Origin: Macrostomum lignano
Lineage: Eukaryota
Assembly (NCBI GenBank): GCA_002269645.1
Contig: NIVC01002002.1
Coordinates: forward strand, 124,001-188,000
Length of the DNA stretch: 64,000 bases
Direction of reading: 5' to 3'
Shown: positions 34,375-46,859 of the stretch, piece after piece
How positions within the stretch are numbered: the first letter of the stretch is position 1
How the letters are laid out: each line of letters begins with the position of its first letter
Program-made: the position numbers and the translations under genes
Notes under the pieces: model-generated
Seen by the model: the letters and a program-made list of their open reading frames with translations, nothing else
The model's database searches: none
What the model was told of the DNA's origin: nothing

Positions 34375-35595
34375 CTATAGATTTTGAACCCATTGAATTC
34401 TAATCCCTAGAACTATTTTTGCAAAAAAATAAAATTAAAGTCATAAACAAAAACTTGTTAATAGTTAAGAGAGAAGTTTGAAAATATAGAATAAATTCAT
34501 GTTAAATTAAGATTTCAGGCAAGAATTGATCATATTGTCTAGGATGCCACTCAAAATAAGTCTAGGCCTTATCTAAACATGTCCTATGTTAGCTTTAGCA
34601 AACTGTTGGCCTCTGCCTTTCTTTCTGTCCCTTGGGTTCTTTAAAATTTCTTTCTTTTCTTTCTTTTTTATTTTATTTATCATCTTGCCTTTTATTTCCT
34701 CTCTCCTCTACTTTTTTCTCTTTCCCTTTTTTCTCTTTTCTCTGCTTTCTCTATTGCTCTTTCATCCTTCTCACCCTTTCTACTCTCTCTCTTGTTTCTT
34801 CTCTCTCTTCTCTGCTCTCACATCTCTCTTTTCCTCTCTTCTCCCTTGTCTCTTATTTCTTCTCTGCTCTCATACCTCTCATTTCCCCTCTCTCCTATCT
34901 TCTTTCTCCTTTTTGCTTTCACACATATTCTCTCTTCTTTCTCTTCTCTCTATTCTCCTATCTCTCTTCTCTATTCCCTCATCTTTTCTCTCCTCTTGTC
35001 TTTCTTCTGTTGTCATTGCTTCATTATCTGTTCACTCATCTCTCTATTATGTACTTTTCTCTTTTCCCTCTTCTGACTCCTCTCTGTCCTTACTTCTCTC
35101 TTCTCTTCCTTGTTCTATACTCTCTCCTCTCATCTCTATTGTCTTCTCTGTCAACTCTCTTCTCCCCTCCATCTCTGATTTCTTTGATTTCTTTCATCTC
35201 TACAATCTTATTTTTTCTCTCTCCTTCCCTTTCATTTACTTTCTTGTCTTTCCTTTCTCCTCTCTCCTCTTTCTTATATCTATTTCCTCTCTTTTCTCTC
35301 TTTTTTCTCCCTTTTCTCTCCTCTCTCCTCGAGAAATTCAAATCAGGATGCTCAAAGTCACTTGGTGTTATCTGTTGAAGGAGCAGCTGGTATTGGGGTG
35401 ATAATGGAATGCTGGAAAGACTAGCTGAGGATGTCTAGCAGTTGAGGCTTGCCCATTGTTGAGGCTTAATCAACAAAACTAGAGAAATTCGCATCAGGAT
35501 GTCTATAGTCACCTGGTGCCACTTGTTGAAGGTCCAAAAGCTCCATCTGGATGAAGGCTAGTGACCAACAAAGGCAGAGCTGATGTAGACATGTG
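34375..35595. repeat. Composite relic: about 150 bp homologous (inverted) to 6620-6775, a 740-bp CT-rich tract, and about 230 bp homologous (inverted) to 55291-55520
   Basis: Shared blocks TGAATTCTAAT.CC..GAACTATTTTTGCA and AAACAAAAACTTGTTAA; GACTAGCTGAGGATGT and GAAGGTCCAAAAGCTCCA. Confidence 0.75.
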
Positions 35596-38302
35596 GTCAA
35601 TATGCTAATGAAATTTGGAGGCTTGGCAAGGCTACATGCCATGATACATGATACAAAAACCTACTTATGTGTTAATGTAATTATTGAATTAAATAAATGT
35701 TGGCTAAGATTGCAATCCTGTTTAACAAGGGTAGGCAAGAATTAAAAAGTTATTTTTACCCAAAGAACCCACCTTGAACCTTTTACATTGCTGTGAGTAA
35801 AAATAAAATCCTGATTTTGATAAGTTTATCCTGTGTAATCCCACAGCACTTACACATGATTAATTTAATACTTGGTAAAGAAAACTGTAGGTTCTATGAA
35901 CTATAAATCGAGATGCTTAGAGTACTACTAATATCGTCCCAATCTTCTTGCCAACTGGTTACTGACTTATAATAAGTTTGTTTTATCTATACTTAATCAC
36001 ATTATTGAATTGCTTTATACTGTTCATTTTTGTACCAAGGTGAGATCAAATTTCATTCTTTAATATCTAGTATTATGCTGGTCTAGTTTACTATGCTCCA
36101 AGCTTGCTGTCTAATCTCTTGTCATTAAATTATTCTTTTTTCTTTTATGCTGTGCATATATTAAAGTTCGGCGGACCGACTCCCGATTTCGCATAAACTT
36201 CTGCCTTTGGGGCGATGCACTTTGCTCAGCGCCGGAGCCGATTCACTTTTTTGTGCACTTGCCAATCGCATTCCTGCCGGCGTCGCCTTCGCGCGAGGAA
36301 TGAGTCTCGTCCGCCTTCGCCCGAGATAATTCGCTTATCTGGCATTCGAGAAAATTGAGGCAAAAGAAAATTCTAAGCTCGCTGCTTGTCTGCTTTTATT
36401 CTATAGAATTTCCCTACTCATCTCCTTGGTTTGCCAGCTTTGAGCCATCGTATAGGAGGAAGATGATGATCGCGCGTGCTGGTGCGGCAGGCTTGGATCT
36501 GTGAGTCTATCGCTGTCCCAATACGACTTTGGTAGTCCGTCCGATATTATTCCCTCCCTGGAGTTCCTGTGGTTGGTTCGATTTCTCCTGAAGAGCTAAG
36601 AGCTTGCACGAGGAACTGGGAGCTGGAGAGACGCGTATCGATGGAGAATGGAATCCAGCCACTTCCCTCCTATCCTTCTCTCTCCTGTTCCTCATTTCCG
36701 ATTTCCGCGCAAGTTCCACTGGGCGCTGTGGCTAACCCTCTCCGGGGATTAAATGAGCTGGCCGGATGGAAAGGGATAACAGAAAGGCGTGACTGACCTC
36801 AGCTGCCCTCTGTCCTGGCCGACTCCATTTTTCGTCGCCAAAGTTTCATTTTTTCCTTTCCTTCTCTGTTAATTTTATGCAAAAAACGCTGGACTAACGC
36901 TGGAAGGTTGAAGCATTTCAGGTCACACGAAGCTATAAAGGTTATTTATGGACCCTTTTAGGCTGAGTATCTCTGGTTTATTTATGATTCTGAACTGCAC
37001 TTTTATTATCAAGTACCGTCGACAAGTACCGAGCTGCATGTAGCTAGAAAAGAGACATTAAATACACTACGAGTATTTTGCAACCGATTCTTTGCACTGG
37101 ATGGTTGTCTAGGTACAGTCTTGCTTCCGGACTTCTCTATCATGTTTGAAAAGCTGCAGGCCAATGTTTATTGCTTTTTTATCTCCACTAGATGTTGAAA
37201 TCGTTAGTCTAAAATACCAAACCTAAAATAAGCAAACTTCTGTTTAAGTTCCCCCATGTTCTTTCTGGTTTGTACTTTATAAACAGCATTAAAATTAGTA
37301 ATCTTCTATAATATTAGTGCAGCTTTTCTGACGCCAAGTCACAACTGTCTCCTAGAAGCATCTGTCTTTAAAACTCCCTCCATCATCGGATTCATCGCAT
37401 CGATGCTTGCTCCCCTTCGACCAGCGCGTGAGTGACGGCTGCGAAACATTTCTTAGAAACTTAGAATATTTTCAAAACTTTAGAATGCTTATTTTGTTAT
37501 GTTAAATAACCGGACACTTTGGATGTTGAATGTGTTTTAAAATATTTTTCTGCCCGCTACTTTGGTTTCTATGAAAGTAAGATGAACTGGCGAGAGTTAC
37601 TTTCAAGCGCATGTTTCTTGCCAGTGTACTTTCTTTGTAGGCTATCGGCATTGCTGGCAGTTAGGCCTGTTTTTCGCTTGACGTGATCCGCTATTGTGTT
37701 TTTTTAGTCCTACCGAAAATTGATGACCACTTATGGTGACCGTGTGGCCTTCAGAACGTTGCTTTTTCTTTTCCTTTCCATCCGAGCCGAATCAGCCAAT
37801 CAGATGCAGCTCAGCAGTCGACTGGTTTAGTACGAAGCTTAGTATAAAAACTAAGGAAAGGTTCAAGCGCATAGATAGCTGCTTTGCGGTGACATTTTCT
37901 TCTTCTAGAGGATTGGCTGGAGCTAGGAATACATTAAAGTCTGCCGCTGGCCCTTTGCTTGCATTTTGTGCGAGTTAGACCTATTCTTGGTTGGTTATTT
38001 CCGATCAGTTTATTCTACCTATCTGATTCAAGGTGGTCTGCCGTGCTCCGGGTAAGCAGCTGTGAGTTGGTCTATAGAGACATCATTTTTAATATTATTA
38101 CTGTTTTTTTCGTGCTATGTGGAACAGTGGGCATGCAAAACGGAGTGACCTATCGTTCTGGCTTCTATTCCGGCTCATCTTTTCATATAGCATGACAAAT
38201 CGACTTGTCTATGGCCTGCTTTCTCGAGTTAATTCAAACGCTTGGCCATAGAATTCTATAGGCCATTCCGTTTCCGTCCACTGTTCCACATACGAGCTAG
38301 CA

Positions 38303-39618
38303 CATGGGTCGGCAAACTTTTTTACCTCAAGTGCCAGATAGAGAACCCAGAGAATGGGTAGGCAAACTTTTTTACCTCAAGTGCCAGATAGAGAACCCAG
38401 AGAATGGGTAGGCAAACTTTTTTACCTCAAGTGCCAGATAGAGAACCTAGAGAATGGGTCGGCAAACTTTTTTTATCTCAAGGGCCAGATAGAGAACCCA
38501 GAGAATGGGTAGGCAAACTTTTACCTCAAGGGCCAGATAGAGAACCCAGAGAATGGGTAGGCAAACTTTTTTACCTCAAGTGCCAGACAGAGAACCTAGA
38601 GAATAGGTCGGCAAACTTTTTTTATCTCAAGGGCCAGATAGAGAACCCAGAGAATGGGTAGGCAAACTTTTACCTCAAGGGCCAGATAGAGAACCCAGAG
38701 AATGGGTCGGCAAACTTTTACCTCAAGGGCCAGATAGAGAACCCAGAGAATGGGTAGGCAAACTTTTACCTCAAGGGCCAGATAGAGAACCCAGAGAATG
38801 GGTAGGCAAACTTTTACCTCAAGGGCCAGATAGAGAACCCAGAGAATGGGTAGGCAAACTTTTACCTCAAGGGCCAGATAGAGAACCCAGAGAATGGGTA
38901 GGCAAACTTTTACCTCAAGGGCCAGATAGAGAACCTAGAGAATGGGTCGGCAAACTTTTACCTCAAGGGCCAGATAGAGAACCCAGAGAATGGGTAGGCA
39001 AACTTTTACCTCAAGGGCCAGATAGAGAACCCAGAGAATGGGTAGGCAAACTTTTACCTCAAGGGCCAGATAGAGAACCCAGAGAATGGGTAGGCAAACT
39101 TTTACCTCAAGGGCCAGATAGAGAACCTAGAGAATGGGTCGGCAAACTTTTACCTCAAGGGCCAGATAGAGAACCCAGAGAATGGGTAGGCAAACTTTTA
39201 CCTCAAGGGCCAGATAGAGAACCTAGAGAATGGGTCGGCAAACTTTTTTTATCTCAAAGGCCCGATAGAGAACCTAGAGAATGACTGCGGACTAGAGGAG
39301 GGGAGAGAGGAGAGGGAATAAAGGAGAGAGAAGGGAGATAAGAGAAAGGAAAGGCGATAGAATAAAAAAACAGAGGAGTGGAGGGAGAGAGGAGATGAGG
39401 AGAATGGAGAGGAGAGACGAGAGAGGAGATGATAGAGAAGAGAAGAGAAGACAGAAGAGGAGAGGAGAGAGAAAGAGAGTACAGTGGAGATTACATGTAG
39501 AGAGAAGAGCGCTGAGAAGAGATAAACATTGAGTAGGCCGGGTTGCTATTGTAAAGTTTCAAAAGACCGAAAGGCCGGATAGAGAAAGGCTCTGCGGGCC
39601 GGAGTTTTCCGACCCCTG
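38303..39618. mobile_element. hAT (Charlie-like) non-autonomous element with tandemly amplified left terminus
   Basis: Ends CATGGGTCGGCAAACT / AGTTTTCCGACCCCTG; about 20 copies of a 48-52-bp unit starting with the TIR (38303-39280), then a GA tract. No clean TSD. Confidence 0.65.
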
Positions 39619-40984
39619 AGTCATAGCAGGGCAAAAAGCAATGCTTCGTAAGTTATTAAGTTGCTACGCGGCTTAGACGAATAAATGAACATATCTTTCG
39701 CACAAAAGACACTAGAAATTGGAGCGTATCGGTCTATTTACAATTCTTAGGATTTGCATCTAGAATATGGCAGCAGATTTTTTATCAATAAAAGTACAGA
39801 TTATACTTGGTTTACAGATAAGATAAGTGATTTCCTGTCTGGCCATTCTATTTACACAGCTATTTCTGTGAGCTCTGTGCTCAGAAGTAGTATTCTGGAG
39901 TAGCTGTGAGGCTTGCCCCCTAGCCTTGATTGTATTATGTCTTCTCGTCTAAGGCCTCGGAGCCCTCGGGCGTTTTCGGGAAGATCTTTTTTCTTCAGGG
40001 TCTCTCCCTGAGTGCCTGCATTTCCTTGCTTTATAAGTCACACGGTGTCTGCAAACTTTAGTCGCGCGTAGGACGGGGCCGGGAGCCGTCTCCAAGCGTT
40101 TCATCATGATGTTTTGCCCTGCTGACGCTTCTTGCTGTCCCCTCTGTCTCGGTTGCCTCTATTTTGATCGAACGACTTTTTCTTTTTCAACTGTTCTTTT
40201 AGAAGTGGCTGGACTCTTCTAGTCTGCGCCTAAAACACTTTTTCTTTTTTTCTCTGGATTCTAATTACACAGTTTCCTTGCCTACGGAAGCTCGGTATAG
40301 TGTTTCATAGGCTAGCACTAGTGCCATTAATCATATTACCAGCCATACGGTGAGCCTGAGCGGTGTTCTCTTCACTCAAGTCTTTTCCATCATCCACACG
40401 GCTCGGGCTTGATTACCTATCGAATTCGAGTGTCCGAGTGGCAGCCCCCCCCCCCCTGCTGCCGCCGATATGACGGAAGAGCATTTTTGTTGTGGCGAAA
40501 TAGGAAAGGCAGACTGGGGATTTATAAAAGTGCATCGTCTCGCTAGCGCTGGATCCGCTCTCTTCTCTCCCTCTTTGGATTAATACGGGTCTGTGTTATG
40601 TCAATCCTCAACCCTGGACAGTTGCCTCTGTGCCTCCCAGTCTTGTTAGCTTGCCCAGTTCAAGAGTCCAGCGCGTTAATTGCATCCGTGTACAGTTCTC
40701 CCGGCTGACCCTGCCGCAGAGGCGCGCTATCAGCTGTTAGAATCAGCGGGTCGGCTCGATTGCAGTGCTACGGCCAAAATAGATTGCTTCTGTTGGATAG
40801 TATAGCATTATTTTCGATATATCTGTTTATTACTATATCAGAGCTTTAGCCTTGACGTCTGCAGATTATTGCCCGCGAAACTGCTTGCCTAGTATTCGTA
40901 AGCGGCATTTTTCTTCCGAAACCAAGGTGTTCATAAAAATTAGATTCATTATAATAAGTACTGCAGATATTGACTAAATACTTG

Positions 40985-41480
40985 ACCAGATGAAAACGGT
41001 ACCAAGGCCAAGAAGCGTCCCAGTGAGTCTCTTGCGTCGGCCCAGAGTCGTTTCAGAGTCGTTGCAGGTAACACAGATGAAATAGGAAAGAAGTGACTAT
41101 AGAGACTACTCTTAAAAGATGAAATGTCACGGTACAAGTCGCCAAGAAGTCGTCTAAGAGTCAATTTGAGGCGTTTTATTGTCTGCGACTCTGAAACGAC
41201 TTTAGGGCGACGCAGGTGACTTTGGGACCGTAGAGTCCTATCTGAGACGTGCCAGAGTCGCTATAGAATCACTGAGTTGCGTCTAAAGTGCATCTGCGTC
41301 AACTATTTAGTCTACTTGAGTTAGTAGAAAGTTAAGCGTTAACACAACTGAATTTTAAACAACTTTTTCGCGAATCTTACGATTTTGCAACTCGCGTGAT
41401 GCTCTCCTGACTCGTCAGTCGCCTCTCCGTCGCATTACAGTCAATTGAGTAATTAAAAATTCACAAGAGTCGCTAGTGAG
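40985..41480. repeat. Dispersed repeat, inverted homolog of 22100-22550
   Basis: Colinear reverse-complement similarity with indels. Confidence 0.75.
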
Positions 41481-41708
41481 TTGTTTGTAATCACTCTAGC
41501 GATTCTTGTCACTGTAACGTCAATGATTATCCATTCCAAGTATCCAGTAATCCAGCCTTGCTGCAGAATTCTTTTCCCTCTCGATTTCAGAGTCTCGCCG
41601 TTCTGGAACTGACAAAAATAGCTATTAATTAGTCAAGGGCGTCAGCGAGATTGAATGCGGCGCTAAGGCTGGCACCATCGGACAGTTTGCCTGAAGTGAA
41701 CTGGCGCA

Positions 41709-42437
41709 ATGGCATCGGCAAAGACTGACGCCGAGGCCGGAGTTAAAGTGGCCAATAATGCGGAGTTTTTCGTTTGCAATGCCAACATAGTTGGGCATAG
41801 GAATCGAGTTTGGGGCCACAGGAACACGGTGACAGGGAATAGCAATCAGGTGTACGGCAATTGGAACCGGGTGGCCGGCACCCGCAACACTGTCCGGGGC
41901 ATCAACAATCGGGTTGTCGGTGTCAAAAATGACGTCATCGATGCTAGCACTCTTGGCAGCGCCGGCTCCTCCGCTCCGTCCTCGTCGACATCCTCGGCCG
42001 AGGAATCGGCGTCGAACGATGGCGATTCTGCCGCGGCGGCCGAAGTCCTTGTCAGCGTCTGCAAGCGGGTCCGAGTTCGAACCGACGCCAATGGGCGGCG
42101 CCAGCGCGAAAATTTTCACGTCGAACTGGTCGAGCGCCGACTATTTGGGGTGGATTTGTCCTCGTCTTGGACGGCCAGCTCGCCGTTGAAAGGATTCAAC
42201 AATCCAGACACTCTGTACGATTTGTCCGGTCTGGATGGCGCGGACTCGGACGCCGCCGGCCTGCCCTGCTGCGTCTGCCTCGGCCGGGAGCGCTGCGTCA
42301 AGCTGTCCCCCTGCCGGCACGTGCCGGTGTGTCTGGCCTGCGCCAAGCGCCTGTTTAACGGGGCTCGAACCCGGACTGTCGCTTGTCCGCTGTGCCGCTC
42401 GCCTGTTGAATCGGTGGAACGACTGTTTTTGAACTGA
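41709..42437 (+). CDS. Intronless 242-aa protein: N-terminal 7x GxxNxVx beta-solenoid repeat and C-terminal C3HC4 RING (IAP/MGRN-like); putative E3 ligase
   Basis: GHRNRVW GHRNTVT GNSNQVY GNWNRVA GTRNTVR GINNRVV GVKNDVI; RING CCVC..PCRHVPVCLAC..CPLCR; GC-rich coding-like composition; upstream acceptor-like site at 41590. Confidence 0.85.
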   Translation: MASAKTDAEAGVKVANNAEFFVCNANIVGHRNRVWGHRNTVTGNSNQVYGNWNRVAGTRNTVRGINNRVVGVKNDVIDASTLGSAGSSAPSSSTSSAEESASNDGDSAAAAEVLVSVCKRVRVRTDANGRRQRENFHVELVERRLFGVDLSSSWTASSPLKGFNNPDTLYDLSGLDGADSDAAGLPCCVCLGRERCVKLSPCRHVPVCLACAKRLFNGARTRTVACPLCRSPVESVERLFLN

Positions 42438-42537
42438 TTGAATGCGAGTTTAGTCTAAATATGTGGGAGAGATATCTGAGCATTTACCAGCTGCTCAACT
42501 CGTATGGAAGCTGATCTTATCTTAGCCAGTAGACGCT

Positions 42538-42800
42538 TAGCTCACCAGGAGGCTACTGTACTGCTTAGCTCACCCGGATGCTACTGTACTGATTAGCTCA
42601 CCTGGAGGCTACTGTACTGCTTAGCTCACCTGGAGGCTACTGTACTGCTTAGCTCACCTGGAGGCTACTGTACTGCTTAGCTCACCTGGAGGCTACTGTA
42701 CTGCTTAGCTCACCTGGAGGCTACTGTACTGCTTAGCTCACCTGGAGGCTACTGTACTGATTAGCTCACCTGGAAGCTACTGTACTACTTAGCTCATCTG
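42538..42800 (+). repeat. 28-bp minisatellite (GCTCACCTGGAGGCTACTGTACTGCTTA), about 9 copies
   Basis: Tandem repeat about 100 bp after the RING gene stop codon. Confidence 0.95.
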
Positions 42801-43639
42801 TAAGCTCCATAGCGCAGCTTAGCGTTACGTGGGTCACAGAAGATATTAAGCTGCCCTATAATAAGCAGTTTATCTCCACCTCGAAACTGCCCCAATTCAA
42901 ATAAATTCTTTTTTAACCCGCCTTTCTATGCAAATTAATTGGTCCGTTTTTACAAAAGAAAAATAGCATCTCTCTCCTATTGTGTTTGCTTTGATTGTGA
43001 CTAAAAACTGATTGATCATCAGTTAGGATTTCTTGATAGTCTAGACTATAGTCTCTACTGCATTGAATTGCATCGGGCATTGATTTTCGCAGAGCTTTTT
43101 CTCTCTTGACAAAAGATTTCTCATAATTTAGCTTATACCAACAATTCTGCACTGTTCTGTCTGTTTTCTACACAAATCTAGTCGTTATTTATGAAAATGA
43201 TTTATTACAATATTTCATGAAAAAATACATTTTGCTGGAGATTTTCCTCAGGTTTTGTCATAGATGTGTTATCGAATTAGCTTTATTCGAATTTTTGCTA
43301 TTGCTGCTACATAGTGCCGCAAACTTCAATGGTCTCGAGTAAGAGTTTTTTTTAGGATTTATTTTAATTAGATATTGGATTCAAGTCAAAACTTTTTCGT
43401 CTGATGACGTTTTGAGATCAAATAGCTCTGATTGCTTAGTTATTTTTTAAGTTTTTCTCTTCTTTTGCTGCTTTTCTCAAAGCCATCCTGTTTTTTTCAT
43501 CAGTCATTTTTCAGTTGTTTTAGTGCTGCCACAAGTTCAATGCATATTTTGCACTTGATGCATCTTTCATAGTTTATAATTACAGCATAATCCCAAAAGG
43601 CATGCGTAGCACTCCCAAACCCTCAGTTTTTGGGACAGT

Positions 43640-44310
43640 CTCCCAGATCCTCAGTTGTTGGGCCACCTTCCCAGATCCTCAGTTGCTGGGCCACCACCCT
43701 CCCAGATCCTCAGCTGCTGGGCCACCACCCTCCCAGATCCTCAGTTGCTGGGCCACCACCCTCCCAGATGCTCAGTTTTTGGGCCACCCTCCCAGATGCT
43801 CAGTTGCTAGGCCACCACCCTCCCAGATGCTCAGTTGCTAGGCCACCACCCTCCCAGATCCTCAGTTGCTGGGCCACCACCCTCCCAGATGCTCAGTTGC
43901 TAGGCCACCACCCTCCCAGATCCTCAGTTGCTGGGCCACCACCCTCCCAGATCCTCAGTTGCTAGGCCACCAGCCTCCCAGATGCTCAGTTGCTGGGCCA
44001 CCACCCTCCCAGATGCTCAGTTGCTAGGCCACCACCCTCCCAGATCCTCAGTTGCTGGGCCACCACCCTCCCAGATGCTCAGTTGCTAGGCCACCACCCT
44101 CCCAGATCCTCAGTTGCTGGGCCACCACCCTCCCAAATGCTCAGTTTTTTGGGCCACCCTCCCAGATCCTCAGTTACTAGGCCACCACCCTCCCAGATGC
44201 TCAGTTGCTGGGCCACCACCCTCCCAAATGCTCAGTTTTTTGGGCCACCCTCCCAGATCCTCAGTTACTAGGCCACCACCCTCCCAGATGCTCAGTTGCT
44301 GGGCCACCCC
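43640..44310 (+). repeat. About 31-bp minisatellite (CCAGATCCTCAGTTGCTGGGCCACCACCCTC), about 21 copies
   Basis: Tandem repeat. Confidence 0.95.
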
Positions 44311-44779
44311 ATATCAGATTCTAATTTCCCAGTTACTCATATTTTTCCTGGCAAATAGACTTGCAGCATTGTGCGCCGCAGACACTTCAGTATTTCCTTC
44401 TTTGACAGGAACCGTTGACTGAACTTTTAGAGTCCGTTGATTTATACACAAACTGTGACACAGACGTCCCCAAGTCAATACTGTCAATCATATTTTCAAT
44501 TCGAATTTCTGCTGCTAAGTTTCGCGCCCGGCTCCATTTCGTCCAAGCTTTATTAAATTTTCGTGTTCAGTCATAACTAGCAATAAATCGAAAGATACTC
44601 TATCTCTGTCTACTTTTCAAATTGTTGTTTAAAAGATTGCAATTGCCATTTACTACACGTGTTACTATTGGAAAAATCGATTTTTCTTATACTTTTTATT
44701 ATTGGCATCATTCAGCTAGGGCTGGTTTTTATAGCGAATGCAGAAATCTAACTAGTAACTAGTTTGTCACAGTGCCACC

Positions 44780-45637
44780 TGAGTAGCCAGCTTCCCAAAT
44801 CCTCAGGCTGAGTAGCTAGCTTCCCAGATCTTCAGGCTGAGTAGCCAGCTTCCCAGATCTTCAGGCTGAGTAGCCAGCTTCCCAGATCTTCAGGCTGAGT
44901 AGCCAGCTTCCCAGATCTTCAGGCTGAGTAGCCAGCTTCCCAGATCTTCAGGCTGAGTAGCCAGCTTCCCAGATCTTCAGGCTGAGTAGCCAGCTTCCCA
45001 GATCTTCAGGCTGAGTAGCCAGCTTCCCAGATCTTCAGGCTGAGTAGCCAGCTTCCCAGATCTTCAGGCTGAGTAGCCAGCTTCCCAGATCTTCAGGCTG
45101 AGTAGCCAGCTTCCCAGATCTTCAGGCTGAGTAGCCAGCTTCCCAGATTCAGGCTGAGTAGCTAGCTTCCCAGATTCAGGCTGAGTAGCTAGCTTCCCAG
45201 ATCCTCAGGCTGGGTAGCCACACTCCCAGATCTTCAAGCTGAGTAGCCAGCTTCTCAGATCTTCAGGCTGAGTAGCTAGCTTCCCATATCCTCAGGCTGG
45301 GTAGCCAGCTTCCCATATCCTCAGGCTGAGTAGCCAGCTTCCCATATCCTCAGGCTGAGTAGCTAGTTTCCCAGATCCTCAGGCTGAGTAGCCAGCTTCC
45401 CAGATCTTCAGACTGGGTAGCCAGCTTCCCATATCCTCAGGCTGAGTAGCTAGCTTCCCAGATCTTCAGGCTGAGCAGCCACACTCCCAGATCCTCAGGC
45501 TGTGTAGCCAGTTTCCCAGCTCCTCAGGCTGAGTAGCCAGCTTCCCAGATCTTCAGGCTGAGTAGCCAGCTTCCCAGATCCTCAGGCTGTGTAGCCAGTT
45601 TCCCAGATCCTCAGGCTGAGTCGCCAGCTTCCCAGAT
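44780..45637 (+). repeat. 29-bp minisatellite (AGCCAGCTTCCCAGATCTTCAGGCTGAGT), about 29 copies
   Basis: Tandem repeat ending about 75 bp before the RPB11 ATG. Confidence 0.95.
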
Positions 45638-45711
45638 TGGTTGCAGCATGCCTCAATATCTAAATGGGCAGTCATTGACCTCGGATCGTATTCTTTCCAG
45701 CAACAGACACA

Positions 45712-46047
45712 ATGAACGCGCCCCAGCCCTGGGAGTCATTCCTACTAGAAGAAGGCCAGAAGAAAGTCGTGATGCAGCGCGACACCAAAGTGCCCAACGC
45801 GGCCCTGTTCATCATCAACAAGGAGGATCACACCCTGGGCAACCTGCTCACCACCCAGCTGCTCAAAGACCCCGGCGTAATTTTCGCCGGCTACAAGATG
45901 CCGCATCCGATGGAATTCCGCGTCATGATCCGGGTGCAGACTGTGCCAGACTATCTGCCGCAGGACGCCTTCAATCACGCCATCTCGGATTTGATCTCCG
46001 AGATCTCCGGCCTGGAGGAGGGATTCAAGGCTGGCCTGTACTCATGA
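45712..46047 (+). CDS. POLR2J: RNA polymerase II subunit RPB11, intronless, 111 aa
   Basis: [51 protein letters not shown] motifs. Confidence 0.96.
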   Translation: MNAPQPWESFLLEEGQKKVVMQRDTKVPNAALFIINKEDHTLGNLLTTQLLKDPGVIFAGYKMPHPMEFRVMIRVQTVPDYLPQDAFNHAISDLISEISGLEEGFKAGLYS

Positions 46048-46859
46048 CAGGCTGTTTTGCCGATGCCTGATGCCTGCATTTTTTACCTTTTTGACAACTA
46101 TGCAACTGTCTCTTGTTGTGCTTTACGAGCTAATGCTATTCAAAACTATTTTGCCTGTCTAAAATGCGTCTAAAACGTTTCCTAATTTGCTACTTTCAGT
46201 AGTATGTACTAGTACTCGTAGCTTAATATTATCTGAAATGTGAAAAATAAAATTTTGGGAAGTTGTTAAAATCCAAACCATTTTCCGGTTGTAAATTTTT
46301 GTAGAAAAAATCCCAGCCGAAATTGACTGCTTCTTCTATTAAATAATTTCGACAATTTTGTGTACCGGGGGAATCTTCTGAAAAAAATGTTGTTGCAAGC
46401 AGCTCACATATGCTCACGTCAGTCAATGAAATGCTGGTGGTCATGGCTGACTGTACAGTTTTGGATACAAGCGAGAGAGAAGTGTGCGGCCCCAGTGAGT
46501 GTTCCCGCATAGCCAGCCAGCTCTGCACTTGTAGATTCAGCTGGTCTAGCGGCCATCGATCGCACAGCTATTATACTCTAGGGGAAGGCACAATAGACTT
46601 CAGAGGCGAATGTCCACTGGCTCTGCTACAAGTCTCTGAAGTAGTCGGAATCTGCACACTTAAACTGGAGTCGGCTTGAAACTGTTTTGCATTGCGAATA
46701 ACCGGATTGCAATCCTGCACTTTCGACTATAAATCTGATTTTTTGTGAGTATGATGGAAATGGTGCTTGATTTAATAATAGTACGAGCGTAGATTAATAT
46801 AATAACCGACAGCTCAGCCGCAGCTATTGCGAGGCGCATCTGAAGGCTGCGTACGGCTG

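Noticed and set aside
34586-35401. Hydrophobic Leu/Ser/Phe ORFs resembling membrane proteins (also 5938-6714)
   Set aside because: Artefacts of CT/GA low-complexity tracts.
37780-37920. Opposed CCAAT boxes as a bidirectional promoter for PKA-R and the RING gene
   Set aside because: Short motifs several kb from either ATG, with no supporting exon structure.
38303-39280. Regularly spaced repeats resembling a CRISPR array (also other arrays)
   Set aside because: No unique spacers, no cas genes, eukaryotic context; these are minisatellites.
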